The translations under genes were made by a program, and so were the position numbers. Of a stretch of 64,000 nucleotides of DNA, positions 26,817 to 35,716 are shown one piece after another. The notes under the pieces were generated by a model that saw only the letters and a program-made list of their open reading frames with translations, searched no databases and was not told the DNA's origin. This DNA is from Gammaproteobacteria bacterium. Lineage in GTDB: Bacteria; Pseudomonadota; Gammaproteobacteria; Eutrophobiales; Eutrophobiaceae. The stretch lies in contig JBBDSH010000050.1 in the NCBI GenBank assembly GCA_040905045.1, positions 7,698 through 71,697 of the forward strand. Direction: 5' to 3'. Numbering within the stretch: position 1 is the first letter of the stretch; each line of letters starts with the position of its first letter.

Positions 26817-28921
26817 TATCCGAGACTCCGTTTCACGCTGCCGGGATTGCGGCCGATGGTATTGAGGATCACTTCCTCGCCGGACGCGGAATTCATCGCA
26901 TCGGCGATCGCCTGTGGATCAATCGCGTTGACGATGCGCACGTTGCTGCCGCCGCCGCCCGCGCCGCCGTTGAACCGATGGCGCGGATCCTCGCGCGTGA
27001 TCACTTCCTCGCCACGCTGCAGGATCGCCGGCACCTCATCCGAGCTGAGGCCCAGCGCGCCGCCGCCGTGAAAACGCGGTGCGCTGATGAACGCCGCCGG
27101 GCTGACGCCGCGCTTACTGCCGCCGCCGGGGACGGCAATGCCGCCCTCGTGTAAAAAGCTGGAAAAGAACCCGGCCAGCCCGCCCTCACTGGACGGAAAG
27201 ATACGCTCGAGGATCGCCGCCGCCGCCGCTTCCGCAATCATGCGCCGCATGGCGTTGGCGAAGCCCAGGACCATGCCCTCCAATCCCTCGTCAAAAGGAT
27301 CGAACAGAAAGTCGGCGAACTCGCTCTGCAGGTTGCGCGCACCCTGCACGGCGAACTCGCTCATCTCCTCGCCGGATTCCTCAGCGGCTTCCTGTAACTG
27401 AAACAGCTCCGCCACCAGGGCGCGCACGGCTTCGCGTTGTTCGTCGGTGGCGTCGGCCGATAGGCGATCTACCGCAATGGCTTGCTGACGTTCCAGCGTT
27501 GACATGCGCTCCAGTTCAATCTTGCGTTCCAGGTCTGCTATCAGCTGCGTATCAGCCTCGCGGTTTTCTTCCAGTGCGCGACGCCGCTCGGCCTCGGCTT
27601 CGGCCTGGGCGCGCGTGGCCTTGGCGTCGTCACGCTTTGCCTGGACCCGCTCCTCGGTCGATCCGTCGGCGGAACTATCCAGCGCATCGTCGACCCTGCC
27701 AAGCAACGCGTCGATTTGCTGCGACGGCAATGCATCATTCATTAGCCCGGACAGGCCGTTGGAAAAGTCCTCACGCAGCCGCGAGACCCGTTCCCGGCTG
27801 GCGCGTGCCGCTTCGCTGAGGCTGTCAAGGAGTGGACTGTTGTCGAGCAGGCCCGGGTCGAACAGCGGGATGTTCACGCCCGGAATACGGTTAAACGCGC
27901 GGATCGCGAAGTTGGCCCCCTCGCTGGCTCGCCTGTCAATCGCGGCGAATGCCTGGGCGGCAGTGTCGAGCAAAGTCAGCAGAGTTGATGCGAAGCCGGA
28001 CAACACCAGATTGGCCCCGGTGATGCCGGTGGCTATGACCTTGACGCCGTTGGCCATGATCGCGCCGAAGCGGATGCCGGCACGCAGCCCGGAGACCACC
28101 GTGTCGCTGAACGACTTCGCCGTGCCGGCCGACTCCTCGAACGATGTCTTCAACAACGACTGGACGGTGTTCGCGAACGCCTTGAGGAAATCGAACAAGC
28201 CTTCGTCCATGACCGCAGCGCGGAATTGGAACCAGAGATCGGACAACATGGACATCGCGCCGTCCCAGGTCTGGGCCATTTGTTCGGTCGCGCCCCGAAT
28301 GGTGTTGGTGGCCGAGCCCGAACCGAACCACATATCGAAGATGTGTTGACGCGTTTCCTCGGCCGTGGTGGCAACGCCGGCCTCGAAGCCGAGCATCGCG
28401 GACACGCCCCGCTCCCGGAATAATTCAGCACTGTTAATGCCGCTGCCCAGGGCTCGCTGAATATTTTGGGCCGTCTCCTGGAACGACAGGCCGCTGACAA
28501 CGGCAATATCGCCGGTGATCTGCAGCAGCTTGTTCAGCTCTTCGACGTCATCCGCGACCGTTAACAGCAACGGAGACGACTCGACGATCTCCTGGAATTG
28601 AAACGGTACCCGCCCGGCGAACTCGCGCATGATATCGAATGCGCGGTTGGCATCCTGAACCGAACCGGTTAATGCCTCAAGCCGTATCCGAGTGGTTTCG
28701 ATCGTGCGGCCCACATCGAGAAAACTGCGGGCAAGGAGACCCACGCCCAATGTGGCAAAGGCGCCGCGAAGAGAGAATACGGCATCATTGACGCGTGACA
28801 AGGCTCGGCGGGCGCCGCGACCGAAAGTGCGTATATCGCCGATGGCGGAATTGACCGCGCGCTTCAGCCCGCGCGCGTCGCCGCGTATCAGAAGTCGTAG
28901 GATTTCCCGGCTGTTTGCCAT
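26816..28921 (-). CDS. tail tape measure protein
   Basis: 701-aa largely alpha-helical protein directly downstream of the G/GT chaperone pair. Confidence 0.75.
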   Translation of the reverse strand: MANSREILRLLIRGDARGLKRAVNSAIGDIRTFGRGARRALSRVNDAVFSLRGAFATLGVGLLARSFLDVGRTIETTRIRLEALTGSVQDANRAFDIMREFAGRVPFQFQEIVESSPLLLTVADDVEELNKLLQITGDIAVVSGLSFQETAQNIQRALGSGINSAELFRERGVSAMLGFEAGVATTAEETRQHIFDMWFGSGSATNTIRGATEQMAQTWDGAMSMLSDLWFQFRAAVMDEGLFDFLKAFANTVQSLLKTSFEESAGTAKSFSDTVVSGLRAGIRFGAIMANGVKVIATGITGANLVLSGFASTLLTLLDTAAQAFAAIDRRASEGANFAIRAFNRIPGVNIPLFDPGLLDNSPLLDSLSEAARASRERVSRLREDFSNGLSGLMNDALPSQQIDALLGRVDDALDSSADGSTEERVQAKRDDAKATRAQAEAEAERRRALEENREADTQLIADLERKIELERMSTLERQQAIAVDRLSADATDEQREAVRALVAELFQLQEAAEESGEEMSEFAVQGARNLQSEFADFLFDPFDEGLEGMVLGFANAMRRMIAEAAAAAILERIFPSSEGGLAGFFSSFLHEGGIAVPGGGSKRGVSPAAFISAPRFHGGGALGLSSDEVPAILQRGEEVITREDPRHRFNGGAGGGGSNVRIVNAIDPQAIADAMNSASGEEVILNTIGRNPGSVKRSLG

Positions 28922-29522
28922 CAGTCTTGTCGCAATTTACGCACGCTTTGAGCGGCCTTTTGGCCGCCGTTGAATCCGGTATGAATGTCCTCGATCCGTT
29001 CGGCTCGCGCCTGGCGCTCCCTGCGCAGCGCGTGCTTATAGAAGAGCGTCAACTGCCGTCGCGTATAGGTTTTGATCGTCGGCCAGTCATGGCCGTGATC
29101 AACCAGCGCAGCGCAGATCTCGCCCCAGCCGGCCCGGCGGGCTTCCCCTCCAGGGCGGACGCCAGGCTGAGGCGGCGGGCGAAAAAACCGCGCATCACCC
29201 GCCAGAAGGCCAGTTGGTACAATCTGCCCTGATCGTCCTTCAGCGACATTAACCATTCCTTATCCACATCGCCGCAGAACGCCATAAAATCCAGCAGCGT
29301 ATCCTTGTTGGCGACGTCGAGGCTCATGCACGTATCGATGAAAGATTCATGGCCCTCGCTGGCAGCCTCGCCGAGATCATGGATCACGGGCTTGAGAGGC
29401 CCTTCCCACTCCAGCGCCTGCAGCCAGGACGGTTCCCGGATCGTGACCTCGCGCCCGCCGACGGTGATCGTCAGTTCGGGCGCGAGGATCTCCAGATCGT
29501 TCGCGTGCTTGTTGGCCGGCAT
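28921..29522 (-). CDS. tail assembly chaperone pair (G-like 29049..29522 and a -1 frameshift-extended GT-like product continuing to 28921)
   Basis: ORF 29049..29522 overlaps ORF 28921..29256 in the -1 frame. The overlap contains the slippery heptamer T_TTT_TTC (RGFFARR in the 0 frame, ARFFRPPP in the -1 frame). Confidence 0.65.
29171..29177 (-). other. programmed -1 ribosomal frameshift slippery site (TTTTTTC on the coding strand)
   Basis: The plus-strand gaaaaaa at 29171..29177 is the reverse complement of the coding-strand U_UUU_UUC, which sits in the ORF overlap upstream of the tape measure gene. Confidence 0.6.
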
Positions 29523-30286
29523 CAGGACTGCGGCTGGCTCAGATCGATGATCCGCCCGGTGCGGCCCAGTGTGTCATTGCCTGCTTTCGTATCGTCATCG
29601 AAGGCCACGGCGTTCATGCTGAGCTGGCCGTGCGCCTCGTTGATCAGCGAGAGCGTCTCCACCGGGTCGAACTTCACCTTGTAGAGTTCCACCAGCACCG
29701 GCTTGTCGCCGTCGGCCGTGTTGATGCCTTGCAGGCGCACCCAACGGATCGGCGGCTGGCCGGCGAACATGGCGATGTTGATGCCGCCGGCGTAGTCGTA
29801 GTCGGCCACCAGCGGTTGCGTGAACGTGGACAAGTCCAGGAACTTGATGGTGCCGTGCTCGGCGCTCTGAATTTCGTAGTGTGTATCCTCGGTCAGGGCG
29901 GCGGCGGCATTGTCCTCGAGCACAAGATTGGAAATGTTCTGCTGCTGCAGCGCCACCAGGTCGCCGTCCTCCAGCCCGGAGGGCAGTGCCTCGTCGGTGA
30001 CCGAGCCGGCCGCGATGGCCGCCGGCGTGCCGTACAGGGCGAGGCCAAGATTCAGCGTGCTGAAGTCGTTCAGCACCAGCGACAGGTTCACGTCCTGGCC
30101 GGTGATGATCTCCGAGCGCAGCCGGCGACGGCCGGACTGGGATTCGTACTGCTGATCCTTGTTCACGCCCAGGCTGAGATCGAACGTCGGCGCGACGCCG
30201 ATATCGCGAAAGGCCTTGGCGTTGCCGTTGGCGTCGCGCTCGGCGAGGAGCACGTGGCCCTGGAAACTGAATTGTTTCATATCCAT
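29522..30286 (-). CDS. major tail (tube) protein candidate
   Basis: 254 aa encoded immediately upstream of the tail chaperones; no sheath gene is present. Confidence 0.45.
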   Translation of the reverse strand: MDMKQFSFQGHVLLAERDANGNAKAFRDIGVAPTFDLSLGVNKDQQYESQSGRRRLRSEIITGQDVNLSLVLNDFSTLNLGLALYGTPAAIAAGSVTDEALPSGLEDGDLVALQQQNISNLVLEDNAAAALTEDTHYEIQSAEHGTIKFLDLSTFTQPLVADYDYAGGINIAMFAGQPPIRWVRLQGINTADGDKPVLVELYKVKFDPVETLSLINEAHGQLSMNAVAFDDDTKAGNDTLGRTGRIIDLSQPQS

Positions 30287-30297
30287 GATCGCTTACC

Positions 30298-30525
30298 TCA
30301 CTTGTCGTTATCGTTGTTGCCGGCAGGCTTGTCGGCGTCGTTACTGCCGACGGACTTCAGCGGCGCTTTGCTGCCGCCGGAGACTTTCTCGCCGCGCTCT
30401 TTTTTCACCAGGCGATCCGCCGCGCCCGGGCTCACTTCGATCACATCGTTCACCGGGCAGGGCTTGCCGCGATGGCGGTGGCCCTCGGCGGTGATGCGCA
30501 CTTTCACTTTCTCATCGGCTTTCAT
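30298..30525 (-). CDS. small phage protein (DUF2635-like)
   Basis: 75-aa basic protein at a conserved position in Mu-like late operons. Confidence 0.35.
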   Translation of the reverse strand: MKADEKVKVRITAEGHRHRGKPCPVNDVIEVSPGAADRLVKKERGEKVSGGSKAPLKSVGSNDADKPAGNNDNDK

Positions 30526-30538
30526 GGTCTCGTTCTCC

Positions 30539-30973
30539 TCATGTAAAAACGCGTGTCGTAAACAGCAGCGGGAAATAGGCGTAGCCCTTGTCGTACGCCG
30601 GCCCCGGCGCGCTGCCGCGCCGCATGGCCCGATAGCCTTTCTTCGGCGTCCAGCCGGCGAAGGCGGTGATCGTCGCCAGGATCAGCGGGCTCGCCTCCTG
30701 CCGTGCCGACGCCCCGCCGCGAATGTTGCGCACATTGCGCACCGCCACCACCAGGCCCCAGCGTTGATCAATCACCTGCGAGCCGCTGTCGCGGCTGCCG
30801 CCTTCGCCGGTGAGCACATCGTCGCCGTCGTAGAAGACGATCCCCGCCGGCGCCGGCTGTTTCACCTCGCCGATGTCGTCCAGATCCGCGATGCTGATCA
30901 CGTTCTTGATATCGGGCACCTCGTCTTGCCATCGCTGCACGATCAGCGGCTCCAGTTCCAGGTATTCATCCAC
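30539..30973 (-). CDS. Mu-like gp37-type protein (DUF1834-like)
   Basis: 144 aa, directly follows the G-like gene as in Mu-like phages. Confidence 0.4.
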   Translation of the reverse strand: MDEYLELEPLIVQRWQDEVPDIKNVISIADLDDIGEVKQPAPAGIVFYDGDDVLTGEGGSRDSGSQVIDQRWGLVVAVRNVRNIRGGASARQEASPLILATITAFAGWTPKKGYRAMRRGSAPGPAYDKGYAYFPLLFTTRVFT

Positions 30974-31478
30974 GTGCGAAGTGCCTCTCGATCACACGGA
31001 ACACATCGCCGCGCCAGTCGTCCGGCAGGCCGGCGTCCGGAATTTGTTTGCGTGCCGGAATGGTCACCTGCTTCGCCGCGCGGATCTCGCCGCCCACCGG
31101 GAACAGCAACACGCCGTCGGGGTTGCGCGGTTTGATCGTCGCGCCGAAGTGATGGATAGCGGCGAGCGAAAACCGTCCGCCGGCGCTGCTCACCGTGCGG
31201 TTGTTCATGATCTCCACCTGGTCGCCGCTGGCCCGGTAATCCCAGGCGTCGCGCAGGTTGCCGCGATCGCGCAGCGCCTTGCCGCGCCGTGTCTTCAGCG
31301 GCTCCCAAGCGCGGCCGTAAGGATCGGTCTGCGTGCGGTAGCCCAGCTGGATGCGTGACTTCAATACGCGGCCGACGGAATTGAACGCCGGCGTCATGTC
31401 CGCGCCGCGCCGCTGCAGGCGCCGCAGCGCGGCCATCACTTGTCTGTCATCGATGCGAATATCGCCGACCGGCATCAA
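30966..31478 (-). CDS. phage virion morphogenesis protein (Mu G-like)
   Basis: 170 aa, basic, follows the gp36-like gene; the family assignment comes from position and sequence character. Confidence 0.45.
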   Translation of the reverse strand: MMPVGDIRIDDRQVMAALRRLQRRGADMTPAFNSVGRVLKSRIQLGYRTQTDPYGRAWEPLKTRRGKALRDRGNLRDAWDYRASGDQVEIMNNRTVSSAGGRFSLAAIHHFGATIKPRNPDGVLLFPVGGEIRAAKQVTIPARKQIPDAGLPDDWRGDVFRVIERHFARG

Positions 31479-31894
31479 GAAAAGTCCTTCAGATCGTCGC
31501 GCGTGAAAATGGGATCGTGCGTTTTCGTCTGCACATCACCCGCGCCCTGGCCGGCGGGCAGATCGGAAAGGCCCAGCGCCACCTTGCCGTCCCGGATGCC
31601 TTCCAGCAGCTTGACGGCGTCCTTGTAGCGGTTGCGGATATCTTCCGGCGCGGAGTCGTCGTACAGATGCCAGCGCGCGATGTCGGCGGCGATGCGCTTG
31701 ATGACGCGCGGTGTTTCCGGCAGCGGCAGAGAATAGCGCACGGCCAGGTAGGAATCGATCTCCGAGTCGGCGTCGGTTAACGCCTGGTCCAGCACGTCAT
31801 CGACAATCGCGCCGGCGCTGCCGTCGCGATCAGTGAGCTGGATCAGTTCCGGCTCGCCGAAGCGATCGATCATTTCCTGTTTCGTCGTGTACAA
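31475..31894 (-). CDS. Mu gp36-like protein (DUF1320)
   Basis: MYTTKQEMIDRFGEPELIQLTDRDG N-terminus typical of the DUF1320/gp36 family. Confidence 0.6.
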   Translation of the reverse strand: MYTTKQEMIDRFGEPELIQLTDRDGSAGAIVDDVLDQALTDADSEIDSYLAVRYSLPLPETPRVIKRIAADIARWHLYDDSAPEDIRNRYKDAVKLLEGIRDGKVALGLSDLPAGQGAGDVQTKTHDPIFTRDDLKDFS

Positions 31895-31898
31895 ACGA

Positions 31899-32138
31899 TT
31901 ACTCCGTAATGTGACGGACGCCGCGCATCACGGCGTCTTCAACGTGCGTCTTTGCCAGGGACAGCTCGCGCGAGTTACCCATCGAATCCAGGAATTGCCA
32001 CAGATCCCGGCCCATATCTTTCAGGGTCGCCATCTGATCCTTCTCCTGCTGCGTGAGAACGCGGTACTCATGCCGCATGACGTTGTTGATCGTGCGTTCG
32101 TCGCTGCTGCTGTTGACGCTGTCGTTATCGCCTTTCAC
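31899..32138 (-). CDS. hypothetical phage protein
   Basis: 79-aa ORF with lower local GC. Confidence 0.3.
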   Translation of the reverse strand: MKGDNDSVNSSSDERTINNVMRHEYRVLTQQEKDQMATLKDMGRDLWQFLDSMGNSRELSLAKTHVEDAVMRGVRHITE

Positions 32139-32156
32139 TTTTCCGCTCCTGAATGT

Positions 32157-32232
32157 TTGGTTGCGGGGGCAGGACTCGAACCTGCGACCTGCGGCTTATG
32201 AGACCGCCGAGCTACCAGCTGCTCCACCCCGC
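32157..32232 (-). tRNA. phage-encoded tRNA-Met (CAU; could alternatively be tRNA-Ile2 read with lysidine)
   Basis: The reverse complement TGCGGGGTGGAGCAGCTGGTAGCTCGGCGGTCTCATAAGCCGCAGGTCGCAGGTTCGAGTCCTGCCCCCGCAACCA folds as a cloverleaf with a U1-A72 pair and anticodon loop CTCATAA. Confidence 0.75.
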
Positions 32233-32285
32233 AATAAAAAACCCCGCTCACTCCCGCCCGGCGGCGGGAGGGCGGGGCTTATTAC
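32233..32285 (-). terminator. rho-independent terminator downstream of the capsid gene cluster
   Basis: On the minus strand, the GC-rich hairpin gccccgccctcccgccgccgggcgggagtgagcggggt is followed by TTTTTTATT. Confidence 0.6.
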
Positions 32286-32311
32286 CGTCGCTCACTCGCT
32301 TGGTAAATTCT

Positions 32312-32626
32312 TTACTCGCCGCCGCTTCCGTCCTGCAGTTCGCTCAGTCGCTCGAGCGCTGCCTCGGATACCGTCTTGCGCGTATCCTCAGTCAATTCCT
32401 GCAGCCGCTCGACATCGTCCATTTCGGCGATCTCGGCAATCAACTCAGCGGCAGTCGGAGTCTTGCCCGCTTCGGGCTTTTTGTCCTCCGCCGTCACCGG
32501 CCGCAGCACCGGGCGCGGCTTATGATTGACCAGCGGCTCGGCCTGGCGCGGACTCATTTCAACTTCCGTGTTTGCCGGGATGCGTTTGCCGTCACGGCGG
32601 ATGCCTGTCAGCGTCACGTACTTCAT
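32312..32626 (-). CDS. hypothetical head-associated phage protein
   Basis: 104-aa ORF immediately downstream of the major capsid gene. Confidence 0.35.
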   Translation of the reverse strand: MKYVTLTGIRRDGKRIPANTEVEMSPRQAEPLVNHKPRPVLRPVTAEDKKPEAGKTPTAAELIAEIAEMDDVERLQELTEDTRKTVSEAALERLSELQDGSGGE

Positions 32627-32628
32627 GA

Positions 32629-33684
32629 TCAGGCGACCAGGTCCTGGATGAGGAAGCCCGCGTCCTTACCGACGATCTCCGGACTGCGCTCCAGCGTCGT
32701 CGGGTAGATCCAGGACTTCGCGTTGCGATCCTGGTAAGGCTCCTCGACGATGGGATGGCCTTCCATCATGTACGTGTAGCCGTAGCTGGGTTCCTCGTTG
32801 GAGCTGGCGTTGGCCGGCACGTAAGCCAGCAGCGCAAAGTCGCCCCAGACATCGACCATCGTTTCGTTGTCGTCGTCCCAGTAGATCTCCTGACCGATGG
32901 CCAGGCGCTCCACCTGGAAGTAGCGCATCAGCATCTCCGCCGTGATGGAATCCGCCGAGGTGTACTTGAACTGTTCCTTGATGGTCGGATGCTCGGCGGC
33001 GGCGTTGAACACCGTCTGCCCCAGCATCAGCGTGTTCGGATTGACACCGATGGAACTGCGGATCACTTCCTTGTAGTCGCGGATCTGCTGGCCGGGATTC
33101 GAGCCGTCGTCGCTCCACTGATCGGTGCCGGTCAATGTGTCCACGTGACTGGCGTCGTAGTTGTTCGAGTCCAGCGCCACCTCGGCGGCGTCGATCTCCA
33201 GGCCGCGTTCGATGATGCTCATCACCGTGCGCACCGCGCGTGATCCCATGTCCACACCGGGCACGCGACTGGCGTCGCGCTGATGCTCGAACGGCACCTT
33301 GCCTTCCAGCGAATCCTGGACAAGAGCAAAGGGCTTGCCGAGATAGCCGAGCTGCACGCGCAGCGTGTTCGCGCCCGGCGTGCGCCGCATGTTGTAGCGC
33401 CGGAACGCCTCCTTGCCGAACTCGATGATCTGCCCGCCGCTCACCTGTACCGGCACGCGCGGGAACAGCATATTCGCGATCCGGTTCGGGTCGCGGTAGC
33501 CGCGCGCCACATTGGAGAGGATGGGATCGATCACCCGCACCTGGCCTGGTGACATCTGGCCGACGGCCAGAAGGCCCAGGCTGGCGGTGGTCGGGTCCAG
33601 CATCGGGTCACCCGGCCCGGTACCGAACATCAGGGCCGCCACGGCAAGCGCGGCGAAGAAGCTGTATTTGATGGCTGCGTTCAT
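32629..33684 (-). CDS. major capsid protein (Mu gpT-like)
   Basis: 351 aa, directly downstream of the protease/scaffold and DUF2190-like genes. Confidence 0.6.
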   Translation of the reverse strand: MNAAIKYSFFAALAVAALMFGTGPGDPMLDPTTASLGLLAVGQMSPGQVRVIDPILSNVARGYRDPNRIANMLFPRVPVQVSGGQIIEFGKEAFRRYNMRRTPGANTLRVQLGYLGKPFALVQDSLEGKVPFEHQRDASRVPGVDMGSRAVRTVMSIIERGLEIDAAEVALDSNNYDASHVDTLTGTDQWSDDGSNPGQQIRDYKEVIRSSIGVNPNTLMLGQTVFNAAAEHPTIKEQFKYTSADSITAEMLMRYFQVERLAIGQEIYWDDDNETMVDVWGDFALLAYVPANASSNEEPSYGYTYMMEGHPIVEEPYQDRNAKSWIYPTTLERSPEIVGKDAGFLIQDLVA

Positions 33685-33726
33685 GGTCTTTATCGCTCCG
33701 TTAAATGACTTTTATGCCGATGCGGA

Positions 33727-34137
33727 TCAGCGGATGACGCCGCGGATTTCCCCGGCGCCGGCGGAATCTTCCCGGGCCTCGCCGAAGATCGTCTCCGGTG
33801 TGACCGAGCCTTCCAGGATCTCGCCGTTGGCGGCGGTGGATGTCACGGCGGTACCGCCGGCCGCGATGGCCAGATTCGACGCGGCCACAACGCGGCCCTC
33901 GGCGTCCACCGTTAGCGGGTCGCCCTTGCTGAACGCGCCGCCGGTCTCGAACGGGATTACGCCGCGCATGTTGACGGTGAGGTCCTCGCCGTCGGCCGCA
34001 GGGGGGGGGGCGGCGCCGGCGAAACGCTGGCCGGCGACGGACGCCTGGGCGCCGTCGTAACCGACGGCGCGGTATTGGGTCACCGCGCCGGAGGCGGTGA
34101 AGGTCAGTGCAAGCTGGATCAGTTCCTCGCGCGACAT
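33727..34137 (-). CDS. DUF2190-like head protein (possible decoration/cement protein)
   Basis: 136-aa Gly/Ala-rich protein between the scaffold and capsid genes; it contains a C10 run encoding PPP. Confidence 0.4.
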   Translation of the reverse strand: MSREELIQLALTFTASGAVTQYRAVGYDGAQASVAGQRFAGAAPPPAADGEDLTVNMRGVIPFETGGAFSKGDPLTVDAEGRVVAASNLAIAAGGTAVTSTAANGEILEGSVTPETIFGEAREDSAGAGEIRGVIR

Positions 34138-34139
34138 AA

Positions 34140-35315
34140 TCAGTTACCCCGCTGTTTCGTGACGATGTTGACGGCCGCCTCGTAGTCCACGCCTTCGTGG
34201 GCTTCCTGGTAGGCGAGCGCCCTGTTGTGGATGTCCATCTTTTCCGGGTTGACGCTGTAGCCGGGCGGCAGGTCGTAGTCCTGCGCCACCGCCGTGTCCT
34301 GTTCCGCCGGGCTGCGCTCGGCGTAGTCCACCACCTTCGGCAGCTCCTGCAGGAAATCACGCAGGAAGGTTTTCGGTTCGCGCTTCACCGTCTCGCCGCC
34401 TTCCTTTTCGGCGAACTCGATGACGCCGTCGATGTTGGCCTCGACCGAATCCATGAACTCGATCAGACCCAGCTCCTGCTTGGGCAGAATGCGGCCGTCT
34501 TTGACCAGGTTCTCGACGAACGATGTGATCTCGCTCTTGCGGGTGCGCGCCTTGTCGGCAGCGATGCGTTCTTCGTCTTCCTTGAGTTTCTGTTCGCGCT
34601 CGGCGAACTCCGCCTCTTTGCGCTCTTGCTCGGCTTTCTGTTCGGGTGTCAGTTCCACGGTCTTTTCCTCCGGTGTGGCTTTCGGTGTCGGCTCTGCGTA
34701 CGACGTTGACTCTTTCACCGGCTCGTAGAAATCCGAGTCGGTCATGTAATCGGGGATGATCTTGTCGGCGGTCTCCATGTCTTCCTTGGCGATCAGATAT
34801 TCGCGCATGCGGCGGAACACGCCGGCGATACTGCGCGGGAGAAACGAGTCGGCGAAGGCCGACTCGCTGAATTCAACTTCGATGCATTGATCGTCGCCGG
34901 CGGCGAACGCGGCATCCTTCAGGCCCTTTACGCCGGGCGCCGCCGCGCCCAGGAAGCCCACGTGCTTGAGGTAATACACGCCGGGTTTCGGATTGCTCGG
35001 ATGATTCGGCGGGTAAAAGGAAGCGGATCGTTTCTTGAAGCGGCCGGCGTTGACCATCTCGGCGAACTGCGGCTCCACCTGGTGCGGCTCGGCCTGCAGT
35101 TTGCCGTCCGCGTATTCCAGCGCCTTGATCCAGCCGTACGCCGGTTTGTTATGTTCCGGGTGCCCGACCGTGATCGGCGCCTCGTGCAACTGCGGATCGT
35201 ACGCCTCGGCGCTGGCCTGCAGGTGAGACTCGGAAAACTCCAGCGACCGGCCGGCCATGTCGGTGTGCCGGCCGGCCCGGAAGATTTCCAACAGTTTTCG
35301 CAAAGAGGCGGTCAT
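34140..35315 (-). CDS. Mu I-like head protease/scaffold protein
   Basis: Mu gpI-family features with an acidic/Lys-rich coiled-coil C-terminus (EQKAEQERKEAEFAEREQKLKEDEER). The track ORF extends to 35465, but the start is probably the internal Met at 35313..35315. Confidence 0.55.
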   Translation of the reverse strand: MTASLRKLLEIFRAGRHTDMAGRSLEFSESHLQASAEAYDPQLHEAPITVGHPEHNKPAYGWIKALEYADGKLQAEPHQVEPQFAEMVNAGRFKKRSASFYPPNHPSNPKPGVYYLKHVGFLGAAAPGVKGLKDAAFAAGDDQCIEVEFSESAFADSFLPRSIAGVFRRMREYLIAKEDMETADKIIPDYMTDSDFYEPVKESTSYAEPTPKATPEEKTVELTPEQKAEQERKEAEFAEREQKLKEDEERIAADKARTRKSEITSFVENLVKDGRILPKQELGLIEFMDSVEANIDGVIEFAEKEGGETVKREPKTFLRDFLQELPKVVDYAERSPAEQDTAVAQDYDLPPGYSVNPEKMDIHNRALAYQEAHEGVDYEAAVNIVTKQRGN

Positions 35316-35465
35316 GAGGCTGGCAGTCTGCGCCAGCGATCCTGGGAAAATAAGGGTGACGCGCGTCACCCATAAAGCCTGCCGCGTGGCAGGGCCAGGA
35401 AGCGGCAGGATCAGCAGCAGATGGAAGAAAATAAAAAGCCCGCCGGATGGCGGGCTTGGGATCAA

Positions 35466-35716
35466 GGGTAACTTCTGGACGTGATTAAGTTAGCACGGTC
35501 ATGCGTGGCGCTCAATCATTCCGTCGGGGTGCCCTATATAATGTCATGGCCCGTCCGCCGACCCGGATCGGGGCTGTCTCCGGATCGGCGTCCGATCCGG
35601 GCTTCAAAAATCGCCGGATCGCCATTTAATTTTCCGCGTGTGTTTTTAACTTTTTCCGGGGCTAGCCCTGTAGCCCCGGATCGCACACAGCGAATCTGAG
35701 GCGGCGAGGGGGCGGA
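35466..35716 (-). promoter_or_regulatory. candidate late-promoter/activator region with four CCGGATCG repeats upstream of the structural arm
   Basis: gaCCCGGATCGgggctgtctCCGGATCGgcgtCCGATCCGGgcttcaaaaatcgCCGGATCGcc lies between the I-like gene start and the OMP gene. Confidence 0.3.

Noticed and set aside
29630-31135. 501-aa plus-strand ORF; similar long plus-strand ORFs lie at 23402..25126, 25986..27071 and 27504..28349
   Set aside because: They are antisense to the co-linear, translationally coupled tail genes (ATGA overlaps, PRF site, TMP), they are Arg/Ala/Gly/Pro-rich as is typical of GC-rich shadow frames, and they have no motifs.
35316-35465. N-terminal 50-aa extension of the I-like scaffold ORF (MIPSPPSGGLFIFFHLL...)
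   Set aside because: It is not conserved in Mu I-like proteins and overlaps the putative promoter region. The start was moved to the internal Met at 35313..35315.
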